The position numbers and the translations under genes were made by a program. The notes below the pieces were generated by a model, which saw nothing but the letters and a program-made list of their open reading frames with translations, was not told the DNA's origin and searched no databases. Below are positions 1-9,959 of a stretch of DNA of 64,000 nt, piece after piece; positions within the stretch are counted from its first letter, which is position 1; the number at the start of each line of letters is the position of its first letter. The DNA is taken from the IMG/VR virus record IMGVR_UViG_3300008227_000004; one strand, 5' to 3'. Origin of the DNA: a virus.

Positions 1-22
1 ATGTAATGTCCCGTCTTTTTTT

Positions 23-319
23 TTGTATTATATAACGAGTAGCATAATGACATTCGAAGAAAGAGTTAGTGCATTGAGTATTAGTATTGGTAGGGCTATG
101 TTATGTGGTCGAGCATATCGTGTGGTTGGATTTCCGCGTGATAAAACGGGTCGTATATTAGTTGATGTTGGTACCGCTAATGATTGGCTGGATGTTGATG
201 ATGTATTATCAAGTGCGAAGAAGTTATTGATTGATAGTATTAGTGATGATGAGGTATCGAAGCCGGTTAGTGTATATAACATTAATCGTATTCATGGTGT
301 GTTAGATAGGGGTGTATAG
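23..319 (+). CDS. hypothetical protein
   Basis: 98-aa ORF at window start; first in a + strand array, overlaps next ORF. Confidence 0.4.
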   Translation: MYYITSSIMTFEERVSALSISIGRAMLCGRAYRVVGFPRDKTGRILVDVGTANDWLDVDDVLSSAKKLLIDSISDDEVSKPVSVYNINRIHGVLDRGV

Positions 320-677
320 ATTGGATATTAATGAGTTATTGAACATGCCATTGCATGAGCAGAAGTCTCTCAATACCAACAGACGTGTAATGAGGGTACC
401 TGGGGGATGGATATATACATTTCATGATTGTAATGGGTGGACCTTATCGTCGCAGTTTGTTGGTGAAGTTGTGGAAGAAGTTGATCGGTTAGCTGTACCG
501 GAGCCACCTCCTATTCGATTTTTGCCAGATGTTCCTGTTCCTAAGAGGCCAGTTGGTAAGATAATTAAGGAGGGTTGCACTAATTTTTGTTCCGAATGTG
601 GTAGTTCTGCTGTCAGGGATAGAATATTATTTGGTGATTTAGTTTGTATTAATCCGGAGTGTCATAGTCATGACTGA
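312..677 (+). CDS. hypothetical protein with C-terminal zinc-ribbon (CxxC...CxxC)
   Basis: 121-aa ORF; C-terminal CSECGS...CINPEC motif; stop overlaps next start. Confidence 0.5.
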   Translation: MYRLDINELLNMPLHEQKSLNTNRRVMRVPGGWIYTFHDCNGWTLSSQFVGEVVEEVDRLAVPEPPPIRFLPDVPVPKRPVGKIIKEGCTNFCSECGSSAVRDRILFGDLVCINPECHSHD

Positions 678-1347
678 CACATTATCGATTGAGTGGATGT
701 CCGAACGTAATGCTAATCCAGATCTGATAGATTTTGTTATTAGAAATAAGTTATTGGGTTATCCGCTTCATGACCTTATTAAATTGGATCGACGGAATAT
801 GTTGGTCCGATGGGTAACGAAGGTATTCACTGATGAGTGGTTGCCTGGATGTTTAAGTGAGGTTCGTCCATATATGTATGACCACCCATCAAAGTATTAT
901 GCCGTATATGAATATAATGATTTTGGTTTTTTGAGTTATACAAAAGAATGTGATGGTGTTGAGTCGTGGCGTGAGTATAATGAAGTTGGTAATCTGATTG
1001 GGGTTCGTAGCACCAGGGCGTTTACATCTGATAGCATTGGTACGTTGAGTCGTGTATCTGATGGTGAGCAGGAGCATTGGGATTATGATGCTCGTGGTAA
1101 TAACATCCATTATACGAACATGAATGGTGTTGAGTGTTGGGTTAAATATGATTTAAACAATAAAGTACAACATTATTTGGGTGCTAGTGGTTATGAAGAG
1201 TGGTATGTGTATGATGCTAATGGTAATCAAATCAGTTATCAGAACTCGGATGGTCGAGAACACAACACACCCACCATTTTATATGCTAACGGTCAACTGA
1301 AGAGTGTTGGTGATTGTGTTTTTAATTTTATAGGAAAGTCCAAATGA
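670..1347 (+). CDS. hypothetical protein with YD-repeat-like motifs
   Basis: 225 aa; repeated W/YxYDxxGN motifs (WDYDARGNNIHY, WVKYDLNNKVQHY, WYVYDANGNQISY) resembling Rhs/YD repeats. Confidence 0.5.
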   Translation: MTDTLSIEWMSERNANPDLIDFVIRNKLLGYPLHDLIKLDRRNMLVRWVTKVFTDEWLPGCLSEVRPYMYDHPSKYYAVYEYNDFGFLSYTKECDGVESWREYNEVGNLIGVRSTRAFTSDSIGTLSRVSDGEQEHWDYDARGNNIHYTNMNGVECWVKYDLNNKVQHYLGASGYEEWYVYDANGNQISYQNSDGREHNTPTILYANGQLKSVGDCVFNFIGKSK

Positions 1348-1560
1348 GTTCAAAAGAAAGTGTGCAGGTTGTGAATACAGAGATTGTGACCAATAGGGTA
1401 GGGAACTCTGTTCGTCGTTATATAATTTATACGATGGCGGATGGAACGTATCTTATGGGTGAGTTAGCTGGAATGAATATCCAAGAGCTTTCCGAACGTC
1501 AATGTGATGAGTGGTTAGCGTGATAAATTATATGTTTTGTAAACGACGAGGTATTGCGAT

Positions 1561-1914
1561 ATGAAGATAAACGTATCAAATATGTTACATTACGCGTACA
1601 CAGGTAAAGACAGTAAGCGTGATGGTATGCAACAGATTAAAGACCGATGTATTCGTATGGGTGTTGAGGTTCCACAAGAGGTTGATGAGTATTTAGCCTC
1701 TTGTATAAATTTACCTGGATCAAGAGGCCTACCATACCCACCACACAAATGTGGTAAACGTGTTCCATCTACTGGAATTGAGGATGTTGGTTTAAAACTG
1801 GACACTAATTGGTCAACAACGGGAAAAATCATTACATTAAGTGAAGTGGATCCACAATGCTCACACATACTACTAGTTGATGGGGATTGGAATGAACGGG
1901 GCTTTGTAAAATGA
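1561..1914 (+). CDS. hypothetical protein
   Basis: 117-aa ORF in + array. Confidence 0.45.
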   Translation: MKINVSNMLHYAYTGKDSKRDGMQQIKDRCIRMGVEVPQEVDEYLASCINLPGSRGLPYPPHKCGKRVPSTGIEDVGLKLDTNWSTTGKIITLSEVDPQCSHILLVDGDWNERGFVK

Positions 1915-2041
1915 GATTAACTTTATTGGAATTGATCGAGCAACTAAAAGCTACCACAAATCCTGTAACACAATGGTCACTACGTGTTATCATTGTTGAT
2001 AGATTAGTAAGACGAGATTTTGATCCCATTAAGGAAGACCA

Positions 2042-2413
2042 ATGACAACCACCCCAAGTTTGGAAAACATCAACCAGATAATACATCTAGCCCACTCAAT
2101 TCATCGGTGGAAACAGGTCTCTAGGGGATATAACGATTTGATGGTTGATGATTGTCGGTTATGTAAGATGTATGACACAGATGACAACGATTGTAACGGG
2201 TGTCCTGTGTTTGAGGATAGTGGTCATCGTAATTGTGAAGGGACTCCATATGACGCGTGGTGGGATTATGCTTATCACAATAAGATGGGATATGGATGTA
2301 TGGCTCGTGAAACGAACAAAGAAATTGATGATAGGTATGTATATTTGGCTAAAGCTGAGTTGCATTATTTGGAACGTATACAATATAAAATAATAGCGGG
2401 AGGGTACACATGA
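2042..2413 (+). CDS. Cys-rich hypothetical protein (paralog of 19335-19760)
   Basis: 123 aa; shares a C..C...C(E/D)GTPY(D/T)AW motif with the ORF at 19335. Confidence 0.5.
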   Translation: MTTTPSLENINQIIHLAHSIHRWKQVSRGYNDLMVDDCRLCKMYDTDDNDCNGCPVFEDSGHRNCEGTPYDAWWDYAYHNKMGYGCMARETNKEIDDRYVYLAKAELHYLERIQYKIIAGGYT

Positions 2414-2763
2414 GCGATAAACAATATTTAGAATCAATTCTATCTTTATGCACACCAAAGCAACGGAAGTTGTTTGAACGGATGTATCCGTATGGTGTTA
2501 AGGATGAACAAACCAAACAAGCAATAACGCAGGTTGAAAACACAATTAATGCTCTTAATTGTAAGAATGAGGAATTCAGAGATCTTCAGATTGCGTTCAA
2601 TGCATTTAAAAATGATGTTCATAAAAAAGAAAACCTGGCTGCTAGTACAATAGCAGAACTTGAACAAACGATAAAAACGTTACACGAATCAATTTCACAT
2701 GATCAACTTGATAGTTGGAGAACGAATCTAGACAAACACAGAAACAATACACCATCGGATTAG
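2410..2763 (+). CDS. hypothetical coiled-coil protein
   Basis: 117 aa; start overlaps upstream stop (ATGA). Confidence 0.5.
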   Translation: MSDKQYLESILSLCTPKQRKLFERMYPYGVKDEQTKQAITQVENTINALNCKNEEFRDLQIAFNAFKNDVHKKENLAASTIAELEQTIKTLHESISHDQLDSWRTNLDKHRNNTPSD

Positions 2764-2773
2764 ATAAGCTCGG

Positions 2774-2802
2774 TTGATCTGATAACAGTATTGGGGTATT
2801 AT
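2774..2802 (+). promoter_or_regulatory. sigma70-like early promoter (TTGATC, 17 nt, TATTAT)
   Basis: -35/-10 hexamers with 17-nt spacer about 30 nt upstream of the 2835 start. Confidence 0.4.
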
Positions 2803-2834
2803 GTTATTTTTTGAGATGAAAAGGGTTATACAAC

Positions 2835-3428
2835 ATGAGTAAATTGAGAGATCTTCCAACGACTGTTTGGTCTGGTATTATCGCGTGGGTGATAGGAGCA
2901 CTGATATTGGTGATGCTACTGTCTGTGGATTCTTACCAACACGTTAGTCAGTCGTACGTTGAAACCAAACACAACGATAACGCGTTTACGTATGATTATT
3001 TTCCCAATACTGATCATCAGGTGGAAGATTATATTCACGGTATTAAGACCAGAGACTCAGCAACTGATGAGTGGTATGCACGATTGCAACTGAAATCAAT
3101 CGATCCGGCAGACCAAACGCAACTAGCCGTGAGTTGTTCTGACTCTGTAGGTATGACATTCATAATTGAAGCACCATCCATTGACGAAGCTGATAAGATA
3201 ACCATTGTATACAAAAAGGATGTTATACGGATGTTTGAATTTGATAACAACATTACCAGTGCTGATAGTGTTGGTGTTGTGGATCCAACAGTGACAGAGA
3301 TACTGTACCGCATCATCAGCACATACGATTTTGTTGTGATAATGTATAACGGACAACGAATCCAATTCGATACTTCTGGAGTTGGTGTGATGGATTGGTT
3401 TCCTGCTGTTTGTAAGGCATTAAAATGA
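2835..3428 (+). CDS. membrane-anchored hypothetical protein
   Basis: 197 aa; N-terminal hydrophobic helix; RBS-like AAAAGGG upstream. Confidence 0.55.
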   Translation: MSKLRDLPTTVWSGIIAWVIGALILVMLLSVDSYQHVSQSYVETKHNDNAFTYDYFPNTDHQVEDYIHGIKTRDSATDEWYARLQLKSIDPADQTQLAVSCSDSVGMTFIIEAPSIDEADKITIVYKKDVIRMFEFDNNITSADSVGVVDPTVTEILYRIISTYDFVVIMYNGQRIQFDTSGVGVMDWFPAVCKALK

Positions 3429-3652
3429 GACGATGCAATTTTAAAGAGCCTGATTGGTTTGAAGGGTATGAGTTTTTGGAAGTGACACCTGGTGGTGGTG
3501 ATGCATATTATGACAGCGACGGTGATCGAGCTATAATCGTTTATCACAATAAAATCAAGGTGTACAGTAATCGTAAGAAACACATGTATAGTAAACATGC
3601 ATGTTCCTTTTCTGATTGTAATGTAATTGAATGTAAGCAGAAAGTATCATGA
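3425..3652 (+). CDS. hypothetical protein
   Basis: 75 aa; ATGA overlap with upstream gene. Confidence 0.4.
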   Translation: MRRCNFKEPDWFEGYEFLEVTPGGGDAYYDSDGDRAIIVYHNKIKVYSNRKKHMYSKHACSFSDCNVIECKQKVS

Positions 3653-4089
3653 ATCTAACCAAAGTTGAACGGTTGACGTTGATTAACCAATACAAGTTAT
3701 TGATGGCTGCAGATAAATTTTGTGACCACACCGAAGAGATAAGCATTTTGAAAAACGGATATGCAAATCTATATCACGAATTGTGTGAAGATTTGCAACC
3801 AGATATGGATTTGAATTCTGGGGAGTTTTACATGAACGTGTTGAGAATGCACCAAGATTGTAATATACCTTTTCGAGGTCTTGCTATAGATGATCCGAAT
3901 GTTGACTATGTCGGTCATTTGCTACGAAATAGATTTCATAGTGTTGGTGGTCAAGCTGTATTTCGTACCATCGGATCACCACCTAATTATACTAAGATGT
4001 ATTCAATGTACCTAATGCACAACACTCAATCAGAAGACCCAATAACCAACTCAATTAGAGCCAAAATAATAACTGCAGGAATATTATAA
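3649..4089 (+). CDS. hypothetical protein
   Basis: 146 aa; ATGA overlap. Confidence 0.5.
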   Translation: MNLTKVERLTLINQYKLLMAADKFCDHTEEISILKNGYANLYHELCEDLQPDMDLNSGEFYMNVLRMHQDCNIPFRGLAIDDPNVDYVGHLLRNRFHSVGGQAVFRTIGSPPNYTKMYSMYLMHNTQSEDPITNSIRAKIITAGIL

Positions 4090-4448
4090 TGTGTACAATA
4101 TCAATAGTGGCAATTGGACTGATAATACTGGGTGTTGCATTTTTTTGTTGGGCTTTCATCGCATTGTCCGGAGTTGGGGTAACCAAAACCAACAAGAAAT
4201 ACGGTCTCCGTTTAATGAACGGTGAGAAGATACTGTGGGTTGATGAAATGCATCAAGGTGAATTCGAACCATATACTTACGTTCCGTACCTTGAGTTTTT
4301 CAGAGATTATGAACTCGCGTTGTTCATTCAATTATGTTATGCATATGATTTGAACAACACCCCAGAAGATATTCTCAAATATGTATCAAAAGTAGATGTC
4401 GATAAACTACCAATAAAATTACAACAATATATTGCAAGCAAAAATTAA
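4089..4448 (+). CDS. small membrane protein
   Basis: 119 aa; N-terminal transmembrane helix. Confidence 0.5.
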   Translation: MCTISIVAIGLIILGVAFFCWAFIALSGVGVTKTNKKYGLRLMNGEKILWVDEMHQGEFEPYTYVPYLEFFRDYELALFIQLCYAYDLNNTPEDILKYVSKVDVDKLPIKLQQYIASKN

Positions 4449-4463
4449 AAGAAGGAATGTATT

Positions 4464-4682
4464 ATGGAAATAAGCAAAACCACAGTGTGCAATGGAGTGG
4501 TGGTTGAACCACACTCAACAGATGCGTGGCAGTCTCAACTCGGTGGTGATTACGGTGAGGCTTTCGTATCTTTTAAGGGATTCCGTGATGTATTTGGAGT
4601 TATTCACAAAATCCACCAACTTATACGAAACAGTCCAACGGGGACCAAATTTAAAATAGTATTACACACATATGATAGTTGA
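4464..4682 (+). CDS. hypothetical protein
   Basis: 72 aa; GAAGGAA RBS upstream. Confidence 0.45.
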   Translation: MEISKTTVCNGVVVEPHSTDAWQSQLGGDYGEAFVSFKGFRDVFGVIHKIHQLIRNSPTGTKFKIVLHTYDS

Positions 4683-4707
4683 CATTTAGGGTAACCTAAT
4701 GTATCAT
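4679..4707 (+). promoter_or_regulatory. sigma70-like early promoter (TTGACA, 17 nt, TATCAT)
   Basis: consensus -35 with 17-nt spacer and -10, 35 nt upstream of the 4742 start; overlaps the upstream stop. Confidence 0.55.
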
Positions 4708-4741
4708 ATGTCTTTTATCAAACAAGCAAGAGAGGTACAAC

Positions 4742-5329
4742 ATGGGTTTACAAGATATATTTTGGGTTTCAGGTGATGACGAAACAGCAGATCAAGCTGA
4801 AGTGCACACACAACCAACCAAGATAAGAGCCGAACCGAACACCTCAGCCGTATCATTAACGGATGAGTTCAGTAACAATTTGCCACCAGAGATTGTATAT
4901 TTCGAAGAGCAGTGGGATTTATTTGCGGCAGCGATCAAAGATGATCGTCAGTTAATGGCTATTGTATTGATTAACACGAAGCAGAAATATCCAGATGTGG
5001 ATGCAACAGTATTGTTAGGTTTATATAATGATTGTAAGCAGTCATTGGCTGAATCAGAACAAAAACGCGTTCATGCTGCTGCACAAGAGATGCAGACAGA
5101 TGCAGCTTCGTGTGTGTCTGAATTGGAAGAGATCGAAAATGAAATTGGACTAAAACGAGTAGAAGTTGATAAACTGTTGCATATCCGTGACAATCTATCA
5201 GAAGCACTGGATCGGTTCGAAGACACCAACATCAAGTTCAATAGTGATATCGAAGATGAGTATGATGGTATACTTGCGCAGATAAACAACCAAACCAAAT
5301 TATTAATCAACAACAGTGAGAAAAAATGA
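4742..5329 (+). CDS. acidic coiled-coil hypothetical protein
   Basis: 195 aa; good RBS AGAGAGG upstream. Confidence 0.55.
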   Translation: MGLQDIFWVSGDDETADQAEVHTQPTKIRAEPNTSAVSLTDEFSNNLPPEIVYFEEQWDLFAAAIKDDRQLMAIVLINTKQKYPDVDATVLLGLYNDCKQSLAESEQKRVHAAAQEMQTDAASCVSELEEIENEIGLKRVEVDKLLHIRDNLSEALDRFEDTNIKFNSDIEDEYDGILAQINNQTKLLINNSEKK

Positions 5330-6249
5330 GCAATGAATTAATACCTAGATCATTCTGGGAACGTAAAGAAGGTATCTTCGGTATGGGTATAACAGCCCTT
5401 ATAACATTTGGAGTAGCGTATGGTGCTTGGATGTTGTTACCTTTTATCATCATCATGTTGACCAATACGATACAGACTATATTTTTAGCTATCGCGTTAT
5501 TCCTCATGGTGGCTGTTTTGAGTAATGGAACATTCCATGCAATTGCTTGGCATACTTTTAAAAGTGTTACACGTTTCATTGCTAGTTTATTCGTTACAGT
5601 AGATCCGGTAGGGATTGTAAAGAATCACATCGAGAGTCTAAAAGACAAACGAGATGATATGCAAGCTCACGTTAAGGACCTAAGAGTAAACGCTAAATCG
5701 TTGATGTCAACTATCTCGTCAAGCAAACAGGAAATCGACGACACCTTGCGTATGGCCAAAAAAGCCGAACAAGAGGGTAATGCAGCTGAATTTCGATTAA
5801 GAACCAGAAAAGCTGGTCGTCGTCAAAATTCTGTCGCAGGTTTGCAAGAGTTATATAACAAAATGGAATATTTGTTACGTATCTTAGAGAAGATCTACAT
5901 GAATTCGGGTTACAAGATTGAAGACCTGGAAGATGATGTAAACATCAAGATCAAAGAGTTTGAAGCGAGTAAGGGTGCTAGATCAGCAATATCATCAGCA
6001 TTGTACTTACTGAAAGGTGATAGCAAGCGTGATGAGCTTTTCGAATTATCGATGGATCATATGGCAGATCAAGTTGACTTAATGCTCGGAGAGCTGGATG
6101 ATATGATGTTCGTAACGAATGAAATATCAGCTTCAATAGATTTGGAAAATGGAATGTACGAAGATAAAGGATTTGAACTACTTAAACAACTTGAGCAGAA
6201 CACAAATGGGATGCTTATTACTCAACAAGAATTTATTAACTTAAAATAA
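5326..6249 (+). CDS. membrane protein with long C-terminal coiled coil
   Basis: 307 aa; two predicted TM helices then heptad-rich region; precedes the ABC-transporter-like genes. Confidence 0.55.
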   Translation: MSNELIPRSFWERKEGIFGMGITALITFGVAYGAWMLLPFIIIMLTNTIQTIFLAIALFLMVAVLSNGTFHAIAWHTFKSVTRFIASLFVTVDPVGIVKNHIESLKDKRDDMQAHVKDLRVNAKSLMSTISSSKQEIDDTLRMAKKAEQEGNAAEFRLRTRKAGRRQNSVAGLQELYNKMEYLLRILEKIYMNSGYKIEDLEDDVNIKIKEFEASKGARSAISSALYLLKGDSKRDELFELSMDHMADQVDLMLGELDDMMFVTNEISASIDLENGMYEDKGFELLKQLEQNTNGMLITQQEFINLK

Positions 6250-6265
6250 CAAAGGTATTATAAAC

Positions 6266-8029
6266 ATGGCTAGAAAAGGCAAATTAGGAATCGGATCAAA
6301 ATTCATCTTGATGTTCGTTGGTGTAGGAATTTTTATCTTCGGAGGTCAGTACTTAGTACAAGAGTATGATCCTATCGTAGCAGAAGCTCCAGCAATTCCA
6401 AACAATCTCATTCCGATGGGTAAAGATCTGACAATTTCGACAGCACCGATTACCGAATATGTATCACCGGTAACGGCATCCGGTCCAATGAGTTATCGAT
6501 GGGCCACCATTCCTTGGAATGGTATGTCAGGTGCGATGTTCGCTGTTAGTGGTGAAAACAGCTTAATGAAACAATATGGGCTGGATGTGACAATCTCACG
6601 CCAAGATTCATATTCACAAATGCAAAACGATTTAGTGACATTCGCGGAAGCATATTCCAAAGGTGACACTCACACATCAAAAGGTGTTCAGTTTGTTACC
6701 ATCATGGGTAACGGAGCTCCAGCATTTGTTGCAGAGTTAAATGAACAACTACGAACTAAGTTAGGACCAAACTATATTGCACAGATTGTTGCTGGTGTTG
6801 GGTTCTCACGAGGTGAAGATCAATGTATGGCCTCTCCAGAAGCATTAAAGAACAAATTAAGAGGTTCTTTGATCGCAGCTGTTAAAGCAGATGGTGATGA
6901 AGATATTTGTTTCGCTTACATGGGTAGTAATGGTGTAGCAAACAATCCAGATTCAACAACATACGATCCTGATAAAGTAAACTGGGTTCACGTCGATTCA
7001 TTCGTAGAAGCAGATAACAAGTGGTTAAGCAATTATTGTGAAACACGACCAGTTATCTCTAACGGTGTTAAGACTGGATCTTCTAAGAAAGTATGTGTTG
7101 ATGGTGTTGGTACTTGGTTCCCAGGTGATGATGTTGTAGCACGAGGTGAACGTCCGATTGTTACCGTAGCTTCAACAAAAGATGATTATATGTGGTTGAT
7201 GCCAACTACAGTTATCACCATCAAACAATTTGCAGAAGATAACAGAGCTGATGTAGAAAATATGTTAGCCGCAGTACTTGAAGGTGGTACACGAGTAAAT
7301 GCATCCGATGCAGACTTATTAGTATCAGCAACAACAAGTGCAGCAATCTACAAAGAAGAAAATGGTGCATACTGGGCCAAAGCGTACAAAGGCTATACAG
7401 TAAAAGGTGTCGAGGTTGGTGGTTCATATGCTAACAACTTGGGTGATGCAATCAATACTTTCGGTTTACGAGCTGGTCAAGTAGATGTTATGACAGCAGT
7501 ATTAAATGGTCGTGGTCAAGTTGCTCAGAGTCAATATCCAGATCTGATCAAAGTGTTACCAGATGCGAACGAAGTTATCAACAAATCATTCATCCAAGCT
7601 TTGATGAAACGTGTAGATGATGCTAACATTAATGTTAAACCTTTCACACCAACATTCTCTTCAACCGATACCACTTCAACAGTGGTCGGCAAGAAAGTGT
7701 GGAAGCTAGCATTCAGAACTGGTAGCGCCAACTTTACCGAAGCCTCAAAACCAACATTAGCAAAAATCGTTGAAGAACAAGCACTTACAGGGCTAAAGCT
7801 ACAGATTCATGGATACACTGATAGTACTGGTTCAGCTGCTGGCAATGCAATTCTATCCGGTAAGCGTGCTAATGCAGTCAAGACTTGGGTAACATCAAAC
7901 TACTCCAAGACTTTCCCAGACGCTCGAATCGATACAGTCGCACATGGTCAGGATGATCCAATTGCAACAAATGCAACACCAACTGGAAGAGCTTTGAATC
8001 GTCGTGTTGAGATCTGGTTAGTAAAATAA
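6266..8029 (+). CDS. envelope protein with C-terminal OmpA/MotB-like peptidoglycan-binding domain; central region possibly NMT1/SsuA-like solute-binding
   Basis: 587 aa; N-terminal signal anchor; C-terminus has the OmpA_C signature (HGYTDSTGSAAGNAILSGKRA...NRRVEI). Confidence 0.6.
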   Translation: MARKGKLGIGSKFILMFVGVGIFIFGGQYLVQEYDPIVAEAPAIPNNLIPMGKDLTISTAPITEYVSPVTASGPMSYRWATIPWNGMSGAMFAVSGENSLMKQYGLDVTISRQDSYSQMQNDLVTFAEAYSKGDTHTSKGVQFVTIMGNGAPAFVAELNEQLRTKLGPNYIAQIVAGVGFSRGEDQCMASPEALKNKLRGSLIAAVKADGDEDICFAYMGSNGVANNPDSTTYDPDKVNWVHVDSFVEADNKWLSNYCETRPVISNGVKTGSSKKVCVDGVGTWFPGDDVVARGERPIVTVASTKDDYMWLMPTTVITIKQFAEDNRADVENMLAAVLEGGTRVNASDADLLVSATTSAAIYKEENGAYWAKAYKGYTVKGVEVGGSYANNLGDAINTFGLRAGQVDVMTAVLNGRGQVAQSQYPDLIKVLPDANEVINKSFIQALMKRVDDANINVKPFTPTFSSTDTTSTVVGKKVWKLAFRTGSANFTEASKPTLAKIVEEQALTGLKLQIHGYTDSTGSAAGNAILSGKRANAVKTWVTSNYSKTFPDARIDTVAHGQDDPIATNATPTGRALNRRVEIWLVK

Positions 8030-8052
8030 CACAACACATTTAATTAACACTG

Positions 8053-8076
8053 AAAACCGGAGCAATCCGGTTTTCT
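8053..8076 (+). terminator. rho-independent terminator
   Basis: AAAACCGGA-GCAA-TCCGGTTTT hairpin with U-tract right after the 8029 stop. Confidence 0.55.
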
Positions 8077-8094
8077 CGTATAAGGGCATCAACA

Positions 8095-8895
8095 ATGTTA
8101 AAGTACATACCTAAGTATTTGTATACACCGAACATCAAACCAAGTACAACCACATATATTATAATTGCTATAGCGGAAGTGTTATTGTTGTTGTTGGTTT
8201 GGTGGATGAGTACAGTTAAAATGAACCCATCACCAATTGATATCTTGTTTGCGTTTCCGACGTTATTGGAAATCAATTTTCCACACCACCTATTGATTAG
8301 TTCGATACTAACACTCAAAGCGGTATTGTATTCAGCTACACTATCGTTATTCTTCGCGTACTTTTCCAAGTTTGCTGTTGGTCTACCAATTGGAATGATC
8401 TTCGCTACGTGTCGTTTTATGGGATTGAGTGGGGTAATCTATATATTCACGATGTCATTTGATGGTGGTGAGTCATTGAAGTTAGCGTTGTTAGTATTTT
8501 CAATGAGTGTATTCTTGACAACGAGTATGATTGAAGTTGTGTGGAGTATTCCCCAGAAGAACTTTGACTTAGCTAAGTCGTTAAAGTTTAGCCCTCTGGA
8601 GACGTTGTATGAGGTTGTTATACTTGGAACAGCACACAAGATGTTTGATTGTCTTGGTCAGAACATAGCAATATCATGGATGATGTTGGCTACGGTAGAA
8701 GGAACTGTGAGATCTGGTGGTGGTATTGGTATTTTATTGAAAGACCAAGAGAAACATTTCCACCTAGCAGAAGTTTTTGCAATGCAGATAGTTATCTTAT
8801 TCACCGGAATGGTGTTATACTACTCCATTAAGAATCTCAAATACGTTTTTTGTCCATATGCAGCAATTTCAACAGGAACGCACCATGAATTATGA
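8095..8895 (+). CDS. ABC transporter permease (NitT/TauT-like, EAA-loop region)
   Basis: 266 aa; about 6 TM helices; EAA-like loop DLAKSLKFSPLETLYEVVILGTAHKMF...AISWMMLATVEG. Confidence 0.55.
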   Translation: MLKYIPKYLYTPNIKPSTTTYIIIAIAEVLLLLLVWWMSTVKMNPSPIDILFAFPTLLEINFPHHLLISSILTLKAVLYSATLSLFFAYFSKFAVGLPIGMIFATCRFMGLSGVIYIFTMSFDGGESLKLALLVFSMSVFLTTSMIEVVWSIPQKNFDLAKSLKFSPLETLYEVVILGTAHKMFDCLGQNIAISWMMLATVEGTVRSGGGIGILLKDQEKHFHLAEVFAMQIVILFTGMVLYYSIKNLKYVFCPYAAISTGTHHEL

Positions 8896-9694
8896 ATTAG
8901 GCGATGTTATATTCGAAGCAACAAATGTTAATCATTTCATTGATGGTAAACACATCCTACGGGATATATCATTTGGTGTGAAGAATATTAAACGGACGGG
9001 TGTAAATCAGGGACAAATCATTGCTTTGTTAGGTCCTAGTGGATGTGGTAAGACACAACTGTTTAAAATACTAACAGGCTTGATTACTCCAAAAGAAGGG
9101 ATGGTTGCTATCGATCAGAAGCAAATTGTACCAGGGGATGTTGGTATCATTGCTCAGGATTACCCATTATTCCACAACCGAACAATATACAACAACCTCA
9201 GAATAGCGTTGGAACGCTCACCTGATCCTACCAACATCAAGTCTAAAATAAAATCAGCCTTGGATAGATTCCACATGGCCGATAAAGAAGATTCATATCC
9301 TGGTGAGTTATCTGGTGGTCAGCGTCAACGAATAGCCATTCTACAACAGATTTTAATTGGCCACAAGTTCTTGTTGATGGATGAACCATTTTCCGGCTTG
9401 GATATCGTCATGAAAGATGAAGTCAAAGATATGATCAAAGAAATATCATTGATGGATGAAAAGAATACAACTGTTGTAGTATCTCACAACATCAACGATG
9501 CGGCAAGTATAGCCGATCAAGTGTGGATCATGGGACACGAACGAGATGAATCGGGAAATAAAATACCTGGTGCTGTTATAAGACACAAATTCGACCTGAA
9601 AGCATTAGGGTTGACATGGCGCGAGGACATTATGGTACAACCTGAATTCATTCAATTCGTCCAACGCGTAGAAACAATGTTTAGGGAGTTATGA
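8858..9694 (+). CDS. ABC transporter ATP-binding protein
   Basis: Walker A GPSGCGKT, ABC signature LSGGQRQR, Walker B LLMDEP, H-loop; overlaps the permease end. Confidence 0.85.
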   Translation: MQQFQQERTMNYELGDVIFEATNVNHFIDGKHILRDISFGVKNIKRTGVNQGQIIALLGPSGCGKTQLFKILTGLITPKEGMVAIDQKQIVPGDVGIIAQDYPLFHNRTIYNNLRIALERSPDPTNIKSKIKSALDRFHMADKEDSYPGELSGGQRQRIAILQQILIGHKFLLMDEPFSGLDIVMKDEVKDMIKEISLMDEKNTTVVVSHNINDAASIADQVWIMGHERDESGNKIPGAVIRHKFDLKALGLTWREDIMVQPEFIQFVQRVETMFREL

Positions 9695-9695
9695 T

Positions 9696-9959
9696 ATGAC
9701 GTGCCCACAAGATATATTCAACACCTGTCCGTTTGCTTACACAGACGCTAGCGAAATTGCACAAGGGTATGGGTGCTTACCATCGCCATACGAAATCATT
9801 AAGATGCGAATCGATCACGGAAAAACTTGGGCGTGTCACGATGAGCCAACGAAACCATGCATTGGTGCTATTGCTCACCTGAAAGAAAAAGAGTTGCCAT
9901 ACAAGGTTATCGATCCCAATCTGGTGACGGAAGCTGTTGATTGGAGTGTGTATGTCTGA
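9696..9959 (+). CDS. Cys-rich hypothetical protein
   Basis: 87-aa ORF immediately after the ATPase. Confidence 0.45.
   Translation: MTCPQDIFNTCPFAYTDASEIAQGYGCLPSPYEIIKMRIDHGKTWACHDEPTKPCIGAIAHLKEKELPYKVIDPNLVTEAVDWSVYV

Noticed and set aside
5326-8029. Interpretation of the TM/coiled-coil plus OmpA-domain pair as a MotAB/ZorAB/ExbBD-like stator
   Set aside because: The first protein has only two predicted TM helices and a long coiled coil rather than the four-TM MotA/ExbB core. The adjacency of ABC-type permease and ATPase genes makes a binding-protein role at least as likely. It is left open in the findings.
8040-8369. 109-aa minus-strand ORF
   Set aside because: It runs antisense through the terminator and the permease 5-prime end, has no RBS and is low-complexity (N-rich); it is likely spurious.
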